DNA of 33,121 nucleotides from an uncultured Bacteroidales bacterium (lineage in GTDB: Bacteria; Bacteroidota; Bacteroidia; Bacteroidales; UBA3663), in NCBI GenBank assembly GCA_905236195.1, contig CAJOOX010000082.1, forward strand, positions 1-33,121. The letters run 5' to 3'. The notes beneath the pieces are model-generated. The model saw only the letters and a program-made list of their open reading frames with translations, was not told where the DNA came from and did not search any database. Position numbers and translations under genes: made by a program. Of this stretch, positions 1 to 8,379 are shown in pieces (position 1 is the first letter of the stretch; each line of letters starts with the position of its first letter).

Positions 1-161
1 GCCGCGTCTCCCGAAAATCTGTGACGTCCAGATATTTCCCCGCGACACGAAATAAATCAGCTCATCACTTATTCACATTCATCCTTTTTTAAATGGGACC
101 ATTTCTGACAATTTATAACTAAAGTTTCCCACACCCATAAGAGGGTTTTGAATATAAAGTC

Positions 162-186
162 CCGATAGCAAAAGAAGAGCTATCGG
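162..186 (-). other. Hairpin (8-bp stem CCGATAGC/GCTATCGG, 9-nt loop) in an AT-rich non-coding region; possible weak terminator
   Basis: Perfect 8-bp inverted repeat at 162-169 and 179-186. On the minus strand it is followed by GACTTTATATT. Confidence 0.3.
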
Positions 187-237
187 CACAAGTTCTTTGA
201 AATCTTGAAAAAAAATCTGAGGGAAATAACAGATTCT

Positions 238-245
238 CAAAAATA
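238..245 (-). promoter_or_regulatory. Candidate Bacteroidetes -7 promoter box (TATTTTTG) in the spacer of a 7-bp palindrome
   Basis: The reverse complement of CAAAAATA is TATTTTTG, which matches TAnnTTTG. It is flanked by ACAGATT (229-235) and AATCTGT (245-251). Confidence 0.3.
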
Positions 246-430
246 ATCTGTATATTGAAAACAGGTGCCTCTCCCCCTGTTCCGCCTCATTTATTCCCTC
301 TACAGATTTAACGGATTTCTCTGCTCTCATTAATCTGGTTAATCTGTTCATTCCGTAGCGACACCAGGCACATGTCACGGTGAGGGAATATTTAATCTTC
401 AACGTTATTTGCCGTTAAACAGCAGCTAAT

Positions 431-2374
431 CTATCTGTCAAGAGCCTCGTACTTGGAGTGATTGCTCTTGTACTCGGGCACAATCTGTTTCATCTTGCGG
501 ACAGTGGCCATGTCGTCGTACCGGTTGGCGATGTCGATAAGTTCGCGGATCTCGCAATCTACCTCGGCATATTCGTACTCGCGGACCTCGGCAATGCGAA
601 TCTTCTCGTGGAACGAGGGTTTGGTTCCCTCGAGCTCATTGAGCACTTCCTCGTAAAGTTTCTCTCCATCGCGGAGTCCGGTGATTTTAATCTCGACGTC
701 CTTGGCACCCGAGAGGGCTATCATGCGACGGGCCAGGTCGATAATCTTAACGGGCTTGCCCATGTCGAAAACGAAGATCTCGCCACCCTTGCCCATGATG
801 CCTGCCTCGAGTACAAGCTTGCAGGCCTCAGGAATGAGCATAAAGAAGCGGGTGATGTCGGGATGGGTCACCGTGAGCGGGCCTCCGTTCTTCAACTGTT
901 CGCGGAACAAGGGAATCACAGATCCATTCGACCCTAATACATTACCAAATCGGGTGGTAACGAACTGGCAGGAATCCTGAGACTTCGAGGCTACATCTTT
1001 GTTTAAGCTTTGAACATAAATCTCGCAGATACGCTTGGAACAGCCCATAACGTTGGTGGGATTGACAGCCTTGTCGGTGGATACCATAACAAACTTGCGG
1101 ACACCGTACTTGACACTGAGGTCGGCAATGACTTTGGTGCCCCAGATATTGTTGATGACGGCCTGGGTGGGATTGTCCTCCATCATGGGCACGTGCTTGT
1201 AGGCAGCTGCGTGGAACACATATTCAGGACGAAACTCGGAGAAGATATGATCCATGCGGTCATGGTCGGTAATGGTGGTGACGACGGTCTCTGCCGGGAT
1301 GTCGGGGAAATCGCGCTTCATCATGAGACGGATGTCATGCTGGGGAGTCTCAGCCTGGTCGATGAGCATCATTGAAGCGGGTCCGAACTTGGCAACCTGA
1401 CGCACCATCTCGCTACCGATGGAACCTGCGGATCCGGTGATAAGGACACGGGCACCGCTCAACATCTTGCCAACCTCGTTGAGGCTGATCTTAATCTCGT
1501 CACGCGGGAGGAGATCCTCAATACTAACCTCGCGGAACTGCACGTTGGAGAAGTCGTCGTTCTTTCCAGTCCATTCCTGTGCTCCACGGGCCATATAAAT
1601 CTTAACCCCTTCGGCAATGAGCATGTCCTGAAACTCAGGCTCGCGCTGGAAGTCCTTAATGCGGTAGGGCGAGACAATGAGGCCGCGAATCTTGTTCTCG
1701 CGGATGACGACTCGCAGGTCGTCGTCGAGAGTATAGACGTGTTCGCGGGCTATCATGCTATTACTCAGCTTACTGTCATGCGAGATAAAGCCTCGGATTG
1801 TGAAGTGGGGCGGGTTCTGACTGCGGATGAACTTGGCAAGACCGACACCTCCGCTCATGGCTCCATAGATGAGTACGGGCAGAGCATCCTTGTCACGGGT
1901 AGTGATCTCGAAGAGCGTTTTGACCAAAACACGCAATCCCCACATCAGTACTGTGGCCATGACGTAGAGGAGTATAACGGCCCGCGCATTGATATTGGCA
2001 AAGAAGGGTGCCGACTCGAAGGCGTGCCACTTGGGCAGTTCGAAGAAATAATGCACACAAAGAGCCAGAACCATAGCCGTCAGGTTGGCGAAAGCCACGT
2101 TCTTGAGGTCGGCGAACGAGGAGTAGCGGATGATTCCGCTATAGGTATGGAATACCCGGAAGCACACCATGCTGATGACTACGTAGAGCAGAAGGATGCG
2201 CGAGAGCGGATGGAAATTGGTTGCCACAGCATCTCCTCCGTAGAAGAAATAGTAGACAATGTAGCCTGAGGCGTACACTATGAGAGCATCGAGCAGGAAG
2301 ATGCACCAATAGGGCAGTGCACTCTTGCTGAAGTACCAGTTGAAAACAGATTTTATATTAAACATAAAAAACAT
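431..2374 (-). CDS. Polysaccharide biosynthesis protein, CapD/WbpM/PglF-type membrane-anchored NDP-sugar 4,6-dehydratase/epimerase
   Basis: 647-aa ORF with about 4 N-terminal hydrophobic segments. It has a Rossmann motif (TGSAGSIGSE) and an SDR-type catalytic stretch (HAAAYKHVPMMEDNP), both typical of the CapD family. Confidence 0.85.
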   Translation of the reverse strand: MFFMFNIKSVFNWYFSKSALPYWCIFLLDALIVYASGYIVYYFFYGGDAVATNFHPLSRILLLYVVISMVCFRVFHTYSGIIRYSSFADLKNVAFANLTAMVLALCVHYFFELPKWHAFESAPFFANINARAVILLYVMATVLMWGLRVLVKTLFEITTRDKDALPVLIYGAMSGGVGLAKFIRSQNPPHFTIRGFISHDSKLSNSMIAREHVYTLDDDLRVVIRENKIRGLIVSPYRIKDFQREPEFQDMLIAEGVKIYMARGAQEWTGKNDDFSNVQFREVSIEDLLPRDEIKISLNEVGKMLSGARVLITGSAGSIGSEMVRQVAKFGPASMMLIDQAETPQHDIRLMMKRDFPDIPAETVVTTITDHDRMDHIFSEFRPEYVFHAAAYKHVPMMEDNPTQAVINNIWGTKVIADLSVKYGVRKFVMVSTDKAVNPTNVMGCSKRICEIYVQSLNKDVASKSQDSCQFVTTRFGNVLGSNGSVIPLFREQLKNGGPLTVTHPDITRFFMLIPEACKLVLEAGIMGKGGEIFVFDMGKPVKIIDLARRMIALSGAKDVEIKITGLRDGEKLYEEVLNELEGTKPSFHEKIRIAEVREYEYAEVDCEIRELIDIANRYDDMATVRKMKQIVPEYKSNHSKYEALDR

Positions 2375-2578
2375 AAAAAAAATTCAGCATTGAACATTGA
2401 GTACGGCAACGCCAAGGCCCTTATGCAGCAGTGCAGGACCCAAGGTTGGCAATCCTGGTTGGAGTGTTAGTATTTGCCATAGAACCGAATGTACTACCTG
2501 TTCCGCGTTGGGTTCCGGACAAGTCACAATCCCCAAGGGGATGTGGCGGCTGGTCACGGGATGGTAGTTTTATGGTGA

Positions 2579-2586
2579 CAAAGATA
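2579..2586 (-). promoter_or_regulatory. -7 promoter box TATCTTTG, probably driving the capD-like gene through a ~200-nt leader
   Basis: Exact TAnnTTTG match on the minus strand. It lies just downstream of the terminator of the preceding gene and about 205 nt upstream of the ATG at 2374. Confidence 0.5.
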
Positions 2587-2650
2587 TGAATTTTTTAAGG
2601 AATTTTTACCATTGCTTTTGTTAAAAATGCAAAATTGGTCGCACATTGTG

Positions 2651-2678
2651 AAAAAAAATCCCCAAATGACACTTAGGG
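2651..2678 (-). terminator. Rho-independent terminator of the MG2/plug gene
   Basis: Minus strand reads CCCTAA-GTGTCAT-TTGGGG, then A plus a T8 run, starting 4 nt after the stop at 2682. Confidence 0.6.
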
Positions 2679-2681
2679 AAA

Positions 2682-5153
2682 TCACTTATCAATTATCCTG
2701 ACCACATGGACGGGACGGCCGTCGAAGGTGAGTCCGGAGACAGTAATCTGGCGGGGACCTGTGTGGTCGGAGTTATAGAAATCGAACCGTGTGTTGCCAT
2801 CGGCACCGGTCTGGAGGGAGGGAATCCATCGGAGAGTCTTACGGAGATCAGGGAAGAGGGGTGCGAACCGCTGTTCGGGGGTAGCATAGACAGGATTGTA
2901 GAAATCCCGGGCGGGAGTATAACCGAACCGGCGGAAGGTGGCGAAGCGTCCATCGAGAGAGCCGCTCTGGATGACGGCACCCTCCTTGAGGAATACGTTG
3001 AGAACAACCTTGCCGGAGAAGGGTTCGATGGCATTCTGCATCTGGTCGATAATCTCGATGCGGGCCACATCCCCGGAACGGATGCGACGGAGCACACCGA
3101 TGGCGGAGAAGGGATTGTCGTAATGTTCGTCGTTGATGACGAAAGTGCCCCATTTACCCCAAGACATTGTCGTAGCGTTATTGGTGACGAAAGCATTGGC
3201 GACGGAGGTTTCCTCGGACTGGTTCCAGGAACCGGCCTCGTCGGAGGTCTCTTCGAGCCGCGACAGCCGCATGGACCATTCACTCTCGATGACCTGGTTG
3301 ATGAGCTGAAGAGCATCGTTGTACTCGTGGAGGTCGTAGTTGTCGGCAAGATATTCCGCATCGCGATAACGTTCGGTCGCGATACCCTTGAAGAAGGGCG
3401 ATTTGGATTTGCGCTGGTCTGTCACGACGATATTGTCGAGCATGACGGTACGCATACCGTCGCGTCCGACAAAGAGTTCACGTTCCGCCTGATTCCGCAC
3501 ATAGGACGCAAAATCGACACGGAACGGTTCACGATGGGAAGCCTCGGGGAAGACCTCGGGATCGAAGGTAAACTCGGGCATGATGGTTCGTTTGCCCGTG
3601 AGACGCAGGTTGAGGAGGGCCTGGTCGGGGAAATTAAGACCGCCCACAAAGAAGCGGTTGTCGTCGTCGAGACGGGCAGACCCGAAGGTGTTGCTCACCG
3701 TATCGACTATGGAAATCATTGGATTCTTGAGATTCTTAGGCAGATGGGTTACCTGACCCGTGACATACTCCTTCTCCTCAAGGGGGAACTCGAAGACACG
3801 GTCGGGATTGTAAACCAGCGAATCGGTGCGGAAACGGCACCAGCCATGGGTGAGCATCACGAGATCGAGGGCCGCAGTAGTGCCGGGAGCGTCACTGAAG
3901 TACCAGGCCGGATTGTGAATGTATCCACGGAGGTCGGAAGTGAGAAGAAGAGCGGACACGATGTTGTCGCTCCAGGGATCGTAGTCGGGATTGACGTAGC
4001 CGCAGTCAGTGACCGAGATGGCAAAATCACCCCTGAGCGGACTTCCGCCAGCATCCTGAAGATGGAGGTTCACGGCACAGTAGCCCTTGGGATCACGCGC
4101 GTTCCATGACATACGTATCTCGCCACCAGTCGCCTTGTCGGGCGTACGATGGAAGATGAGGCGTCGGGAAACGGGACAGCCGGCAGCATCGAGGAGCATG
4201 AGATGGCTGATGCCTTCACGGGTGTTGGAAAGATCGAGGGTCCCCTCCCCCGGCATGACCCGTTGGACAGCGACCACACGTGCTCCGGCATGCAGCAGGA
4301 GCGTGAGAGAATCGGAAACGGGGCCGGCCGCAAGGATGCGCCATGAGAGCGTGGAAGCATCCTGGGCAGTCACCTCGATGGCGAAGCCTGCAGACTGTGG
4401 CTCGGGCAGGGGCACGACATGCGAGACAGGTTGCTGGAGCGTGTCGAGCAGGGGCTGGTCGCAGTCTGGAGAAATGAGAGCCGTGACCACAGCCGAGAGA
4501 CCAGAGGCGGCAGGTATGCGGAAGGAGCCCATACCATCGTGAGAAGAACGCAGGGAGAGGATGTCGCGACCGTCAGCATCCCTTATCACCATTCGTACGG
4601 GCATTGGGAAGCCGTTATTTCCCTCAGCCTTAAAGGCCACGTTCTGGGTTTGTCCAGCAAGGAAACTGCCGCCCTCGGGGAAGAATTGCAGGGCGAAATC
4701 GGGATTGATGCGAACGTCCTCGGAAGCAGGTTCGGCAGGATTGACAACGGTGAGTTTCCGGGAGAAAAGAAAGTCGGTCGGGAAGTTCTGCATCCAAGTA
4801 GTGTAGGCCCGCAGTGTGTATTCGCCGGTACGGAGTTCGCCGGGCAGGGGCAGACAGTGATCGAAGCACAGACCTTCACGCAGGACCTTCCTACGCATGA
4901 CGGTGCAGTCGGCCGCGTTGAGCAGCTCGACAATGATGTAGTTGGACTTGACAACATAGGAGAGCCGGTCGGCAGTGGCAAGGGTACCTCGGAACCAGAT
5001 GGTGTCGCCGGCCTGATAGTAGGGCCGGTCGGTAGTGATGAAGAGTTTCTCCTGGGCTGTGGCCTGGTGGTAGCGGAAGAAATCGGCTACCTGGGCGCTT
5101 GCAGAGGAAAGGGAAAACAGAGCGAAAAACGAAAGTGTTAATTTACGGAACAT
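2682..5153 (-). CDS. Secreted protein with alpha-2-macroglobulin-like MG2-type domains and a C-terminal TonB-receptor plug-like region but no beta-barrel; function unknown
   Basis: The ORF is open to 5183, but the Met at 5153 begins a clean signal peptide (MFRKLTLSFFALFSLSSASAQ). DRPYYQAGDTIWFRG is an MG2-like motif, and FPEGG...VAFKA...HDGMGSF is a second MG-like repeat. The C-terminal segment (DVARIEIID...GKVVLNVFLKEG) resembles the end of a plug domain. Confidence 0.6.
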   Translation of the reverse strand: MFRKLTLSFFALFSLSSASAQVADFFRYHQATAQEKLFITTDRPYYQAGDTIWFRGTLATADRLSYVVKSNYIIVELLNAADCTVMRRKVLREGLCFDHCLPLPGELRTGEYTLRAYTTWMQNFPTDFLFSRKLTVVNPAEPASEDVRINPDFALQFFPEGGSFLAGQTQNVAFKAEGNNGFPMPVRMVIRDADGRDILSLRSSHDGMGSFRIPAASGLSAVVTALISPDCDQPLLDTLQQPVSHVVPLPEPQSAGFAIEVTAQDASTLSWRILAAGPVSDSLTLLLHAGARVVAVQRVMPGEGTLDLSNTREGISHLMLLDAAGCPVSRRLIFHRTPDKATGGEIRMSWNARDPKGYCAVNLHLQDAGGSPLRGDFAISVTDCGYVNPDYDPWSDNIVSALLLTSDLRGYIHNPAWYFSDAPGTTAALDLVMLTHGWCRFRTDSLVYNPDRVFEFPLEEKEYVTGQVTHLPKNLKNPMISIVDTVSNTFGSARLDDDNRFFVGGLNFPDQALLNLRLTGKRTIMPEFTFDPEVFPEASHREPFRVDFASYVRNQAERELFVGRDGMRTVMLDNIVVTDQRKSKSPFFKGIATERYRDAEYLADNYDLHEYNDALQLINQVIESEWSMRLSRLEETSDEAGSWNQSEETSVANAFVTNNATTMSWGKWGTFVINDEHYDNPFSAIGVLRRIRSGDVARIEIIDQMQNAIEPFSGKVVLNVFLKEGAVIQSGSLDGRFATFRRFGYTPARDFYNPVYATPEQRFAPLFPDLRKTLRWIPSLQTGADGNTRFDFYNSDHTGPRQITVSGLTFDGRPVHVVRIIDK

Positions 5154-5352
5154 TGAATATTGAGCATTATTTCCCGGCGGCACAAATATGGAATCGCTTC
5201 GCGAGAAATTATAAAAAATTTATAAGTAAATTAAGAAAATGATTAAACAAAAACAGAGAAAACCATTTTCCCAGCGCCACCGGATTCTATAACCGATAAT
5301 CAATAACCGAAAATCCCACATCCGGAAGAAGGCAGTATTTGGGGTGCAAGGA

Positions 5353-8346
5353 CTAATCGCCGGGACGGTTTTCCTCGCCACCGGGCCCACCCATGGAACC
5401 GGCGCCACCCAGCATATTGGATTCGCCCATGCGGACGGTACGTTCATCGCGACGGCCTCCGGATCGGGATCCGGAACCTCCCCTATTGCCGCGACGACCA
5501 CCCATCTGGTTGAACTTGACTGAACAACCGACAAGGAAGTAGCGGCCGAGGGTTGTTGTCTCGCGATCAGACATCGAGGTGGCGGAGATGGTGCGGGAGA
5601 TGGAAGATTTCTCACCGAGGATGTCGAAAACCTTGATGAATGCCGAGAGGTTGCGTTTCTCGAGGAAGGTGCGGGAGATCTGGGCATTCCAAATGGTCTG
5701 GTTGCGGGTAACGCCTGCCGAAAAGCCACGACGTGCCGTATAGTTGACGTTGGAGGAGAAGCGGAACTGCCAGGGCAGCTCGCAGGTGATGTTGAAACGT
5801 CCTCCGAAGCGGTGCGTCGTACCGAGGCTGTTATTAGAGACCACCGTAGCCGATGCGTGCTGGACGGCATAGTTGGCATGGAGCTCGACATTGAGTTTCT
5901 CGCCACGATAGGCGATGCCGGCCTGGGTACTGGCTGACGAGGAGCGGGTCTGGTTGATTTCGGAGTCGGCACTCTGGAGGGAGGCATAACCTTTGGAGAC
6001 GGTATGAGCGAGGGTAGTTGAGGTCGTGACATACCACAGATTGTCGTAGAACGGATAGGAACCGCGATAGGTGCCGGTGATGTTCCATGAACCCAGTCCC
6101 CCGATGTTGACCGTCATGGTGGTATCGGTACGCAGGTCGGCACTGTACCAGCGTTTGGACGAGAGGTTGTTCCAGGAACCGCGTGCCGTGAGAGTAGCCT
6201 CGTGGGTGGTATATGTTTCGGCATTGAAGGAACGGTAGTTGATACGCAGATCCATGTTGTAGGACGGATCGAGGTCACTGTTGCCGAGCGACACATGTGT
6301 GGCCGAACTCTGGTTCTTGCGAGTGAGGAGCTGGGATGCTGAAGGCTGCTGGGTCTTACCGTTGAGGGTGACGCGGAGATAGGTGCGACGGTCCCAATAG
6401 TAACGGTATTCCAGACGTGGAGCATAATTGACATATCGACGGGTATAATCGCGATCGTGATCGCAGGCATCCTCGTAAGTCTGCCGTTGGGGAATGACAT
6501 CGATACCGATATTGAGGTTGCGTTTGGTGTTCACAAAACGGTAGGCCAGCGTTGCCGTAATGGAGCTCTGGTCGGTACGCGTATCGGAATTGTAGGCATC
6601 GGACGAGACATTGTTGACCGAGTCGGACCAGGCCTCACCGTTGCGGAAATGGTAGAGATGTTCGGCATGGGAGGAAGAGAGGCTGCCCGAGAGGGAGGCC
6701 TCGAGGAACTGATGATCGGCAAGAGGCTCCTGATGTGTGAGCCTCATGCGGAGACTGTTGCGGCGGTTGGACTCCTCCTGCCACTGGTCGATGACGGTAT
6801 CGTTGTCGAAACGAAGGTCAGCCACATAATCCGTGCTATAGGAAGTATAAGACTGGGTGTACTGATCTCCGTCGTTGGCTGTCCCCTGGAAATCGAGAGT
6901 CACGGATGAACGACGTCGTCCGCGAGCGGTAGGCATCTGGTAGCTATAGGTGGCGGAGAGACCGTACTGAATGCCCTTTTGGTCGAAATGGGCCGCACGT
7001 TCAGACTGGGATAGGAATGAGGTATTGAAGGTGTCGAGCGCGGACTCGAAGTCCTCGGGCGCCAGGTAACGCATAGATGAAGACCATTCATCGGTTCGAG
7101 TCCGGTTGAACTGGAGCGAAGGGCGGACCTGAACACGATGGGCACCGTTCTCACCCCATGTCTGTTCCCACTTGGTGTTGAGCTGGATGTTCTGGCTGGT
7201 GTTGCTACCTGAATTATGATTGTCGGCAGCGGTATTGCCCGTCTGAAGATAGTTGATGGTATGGGAACGCGAGTACTCGTCCTGAGAACTTCCGCCATAA
7301 AGGACATCTCCCCCGACGGCGAACGGTGTATTCTGGTCACGCATACGGTTACCCTCGTCATAGTTGACATTGACGCCTACCGACCAGGACGTGTTGAGAC
7401 CGTCACCCCGACGACCGCTGTTACGACGTCCGCGCATGGACGAAGACCCCATTACATTGTCGCCCATGTCACCGAATCCCGCATTGTTGGTATTACTGCC
7501 GGAAGCCACGAGGGCATTCTGCATATTGCCGCGAAAATAGCCGGCCATGCCACGCGTTTCCCACCGCATGTCGATATCGTCGCCATCGCCGAGGGCTCCT
7601 GCCGCATTCCCGAACCATCCCCTTCGCATCTTGGGTTTAAGTTTGAGGTTGATAACCTTTCGTCGTTCACCGTCGTCGATGCCCGTAAGACGAGCCTCTT
7701 CGGTTTTCATATCGACCACCTGGACCGACTCGAGCATATCGGCTGTCAGGTTCTTGGTAGTTGCCTGGATATTCTTGCCAAAGAACTCTTTACCGTCAAC
7801 ATAGACCTGCTGGACCGTCTCGCCCTGAGCTGTGATGGAACCGTCCTCGGCCACCTCAACGCCAGGCAGACGTTTCATGAGATCCTCGACGGTGGCGTCG
7901 GGCTGAGACTTATAGCTGTCGGCATAATATTCGACAGTATCCTCACGAATAAGCATCGGCGGAGGAGTGGCCGAGACAACAGTCTCGGCAATGGCATTGA
8001 GCGATTCCTGCAGATAGATGTCGGAGAGAGCGATGTTCCTGGAACTGGATCGTACAGTAAAGACCTTCTCCCCCTTCTGGAATCCCATGAAAGAGACATA
8101 GACGCAGAGACGCTCTGTGGCGCCCTTCATCTGCAGACGGGTGACGGGCAGAACGAACTGCCCGTTGGCATCGGAATAGCCGCCCACAATGAAGGTGGAG
8201 TCGGGCAATTGGAGCAACCGGACCGTCGCCCCAGACAAAGGAGTGTCGTCGGTGGCGGATGCAATGCGTCCCGTAACGGAGAAAGCGGCATGAACCTCGA
8301 GGAACGCGAAGAGGAAACTGAGAAATGAAAGGAATCTAAGCGCCAT
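5353..8346 (-). CDS. TonB-dependent-receptor-like outer membrane beta-barrel protein (CarboxypepD_reg-like N-domain + plug + barrel) with a Gly/Arg-rich C-terminal tail
   Basis: 997 aa with a signal peptide. The N-terminal segment FSVTGRIASATDDTPLSGATVRLL is a carboxypeptidase-regulatory-like fold. A plug-like segment follows (DLMKRLPGVEV...VYVDGKEFFG). The long region of alternating beta-strand pattern ends in ...YFLVGCSVKF, followed by a 52-aa RGG-type tail. Confidence 0.75.
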   Translation of the reverse strand: MALRFLSFLSFLFAFLEVHAAFSVTGRIASATDDTPLSGATVRLLQLPDSTFIVGGYSDANGQFVLPVTRLQMKGATERLCVYVSFMGFQKGEKVFTVRSSSRNIALSDIYLQESLNAIAETVVSATPPPMLIREDTVEYYADSYKSQPDATVEDLMKRLPGVEVAEDGSITAQGETVQQVYVDGKEFFGKNIQATTKNLTADMLESVQVVDMKTEEARLTGIDDGERRKVINLKLKPKMRRGWFGNAAGALGDGDDIDMRWETRGMAGYFRGNMQNALVASGSNTNNAGFGDMGDNVMGSSSMRGRRNSGRRGDGLNTSWSVGVNVNYDEGNRMRDQNTPFAVGGDVLYGGSSQDEYSRSHTINYLQTGNTAADNHNSGSNTSQNIQLNTKWEQTWGENGAHRVQVRPSLQFNRTRTDEWSSSMRYLAPEDFESALDTFNTSFLSQSERAAHFDQKGIQYGLSATYSYQMPTARGRRRSSVTLDFQGTANDGDQYTQSYTSYSTDYVADLRFDNDTVIDQWQEESNRRNSLRMRLTHQEPLADHQFLEASLSGSLSSSHAEHLYHFRNGEAWSDSVNNVSSDAYNSDTRTDQSSITATLAYRFVNTKRNLNIGIDVIPQRQTYEDACDHDRDYTRRYVNYAPRLEYRYYWDRRTYLRVTLNGKTQQPSASQLLTRKNQSSATHVSLGNSDLDPSYNMDLRINYRSFNAETYTTHEATLTARGSWNNLSSKRWYSADLRTDTTMTVNIGGLGSWNITGTYRGSYPFYDNLWYVTTSTTLAHTVSKGYASLQSADSEINQTRSSSASTQAGIAYRGEKLNVELHANYAVQHASATVVSNNSLGTTHRFGGRFNITCELPWQFRFSSNVNYTARRGFSAGVTRNQTIWNAQISRTFLEKRNLSAFIKVFDILGEKSSISRTISATSMSDRETTTLGRYFLVGCSVKFNQMGGRRGNRGGSGSRSGGRRDERTVRMGESNMLGGAGSMGGPGGEENRPGD

Positions 8347-8379
8347 AGTATGAATATGACGGAAACGGGGGCGAAAGGT

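Noticed and set aside
1-90. Possible 3' end of a plus-strand gene entering from the left edge (frames stop at 22-24, 53-55 or 88-90)
   Set aside because: The first ~50 nt are GC-rich and look like coding DNA. With at most 30 codons visible, neither the frame nor the product can be determined.
79-402. 107-aa minus-strand ORF downstream of capD
   Set aside because: It lies in a very AT-rich stretch full of short repeats and hairpins. The sequence has no recognisable motifs, signal or family resemblance. I treat the region as non-coding.
2389-2401. CTCAATGTTCAAT 13-mer shared by the capD leader (minus), the folP 3' end (31587-31599, plus) and, with one mismatch, the MG2 gene start (5152-5164)
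   Set aside because: About 10-20 chance 13-mer matches are expected in a 33-kb window counting both strands. One copy is inside coding sequence. There is no further flanking similarity.
2375-2578. Possibility that the GC-rich capD leader is a housekeeping RNA (SRP/4.5S, 6S, RNase P, tmRNA)
   Set aside because: I looked for the SRP helix-8 GGAA tetraloop context, the RNase P GAGGAAAGUCC box, the tmRNA ends and 6S-type end pairing, and found none.
2706-4109. Long ORFs antisense to or out of frame with real genes (e.g. 2706-4109 +, 2693-3361 -, 7216-8328 +, 5220-6032 -, 9579-10361 -, 19765-20796 -, 15802-17253 +)
   Set aside because: They overlap much better-supported genes and have Pro/Arg/Gly/Ser-rich low-complexity translations, typical of off-frame reading of GC-rich coding DNA. 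They contain no motifs.
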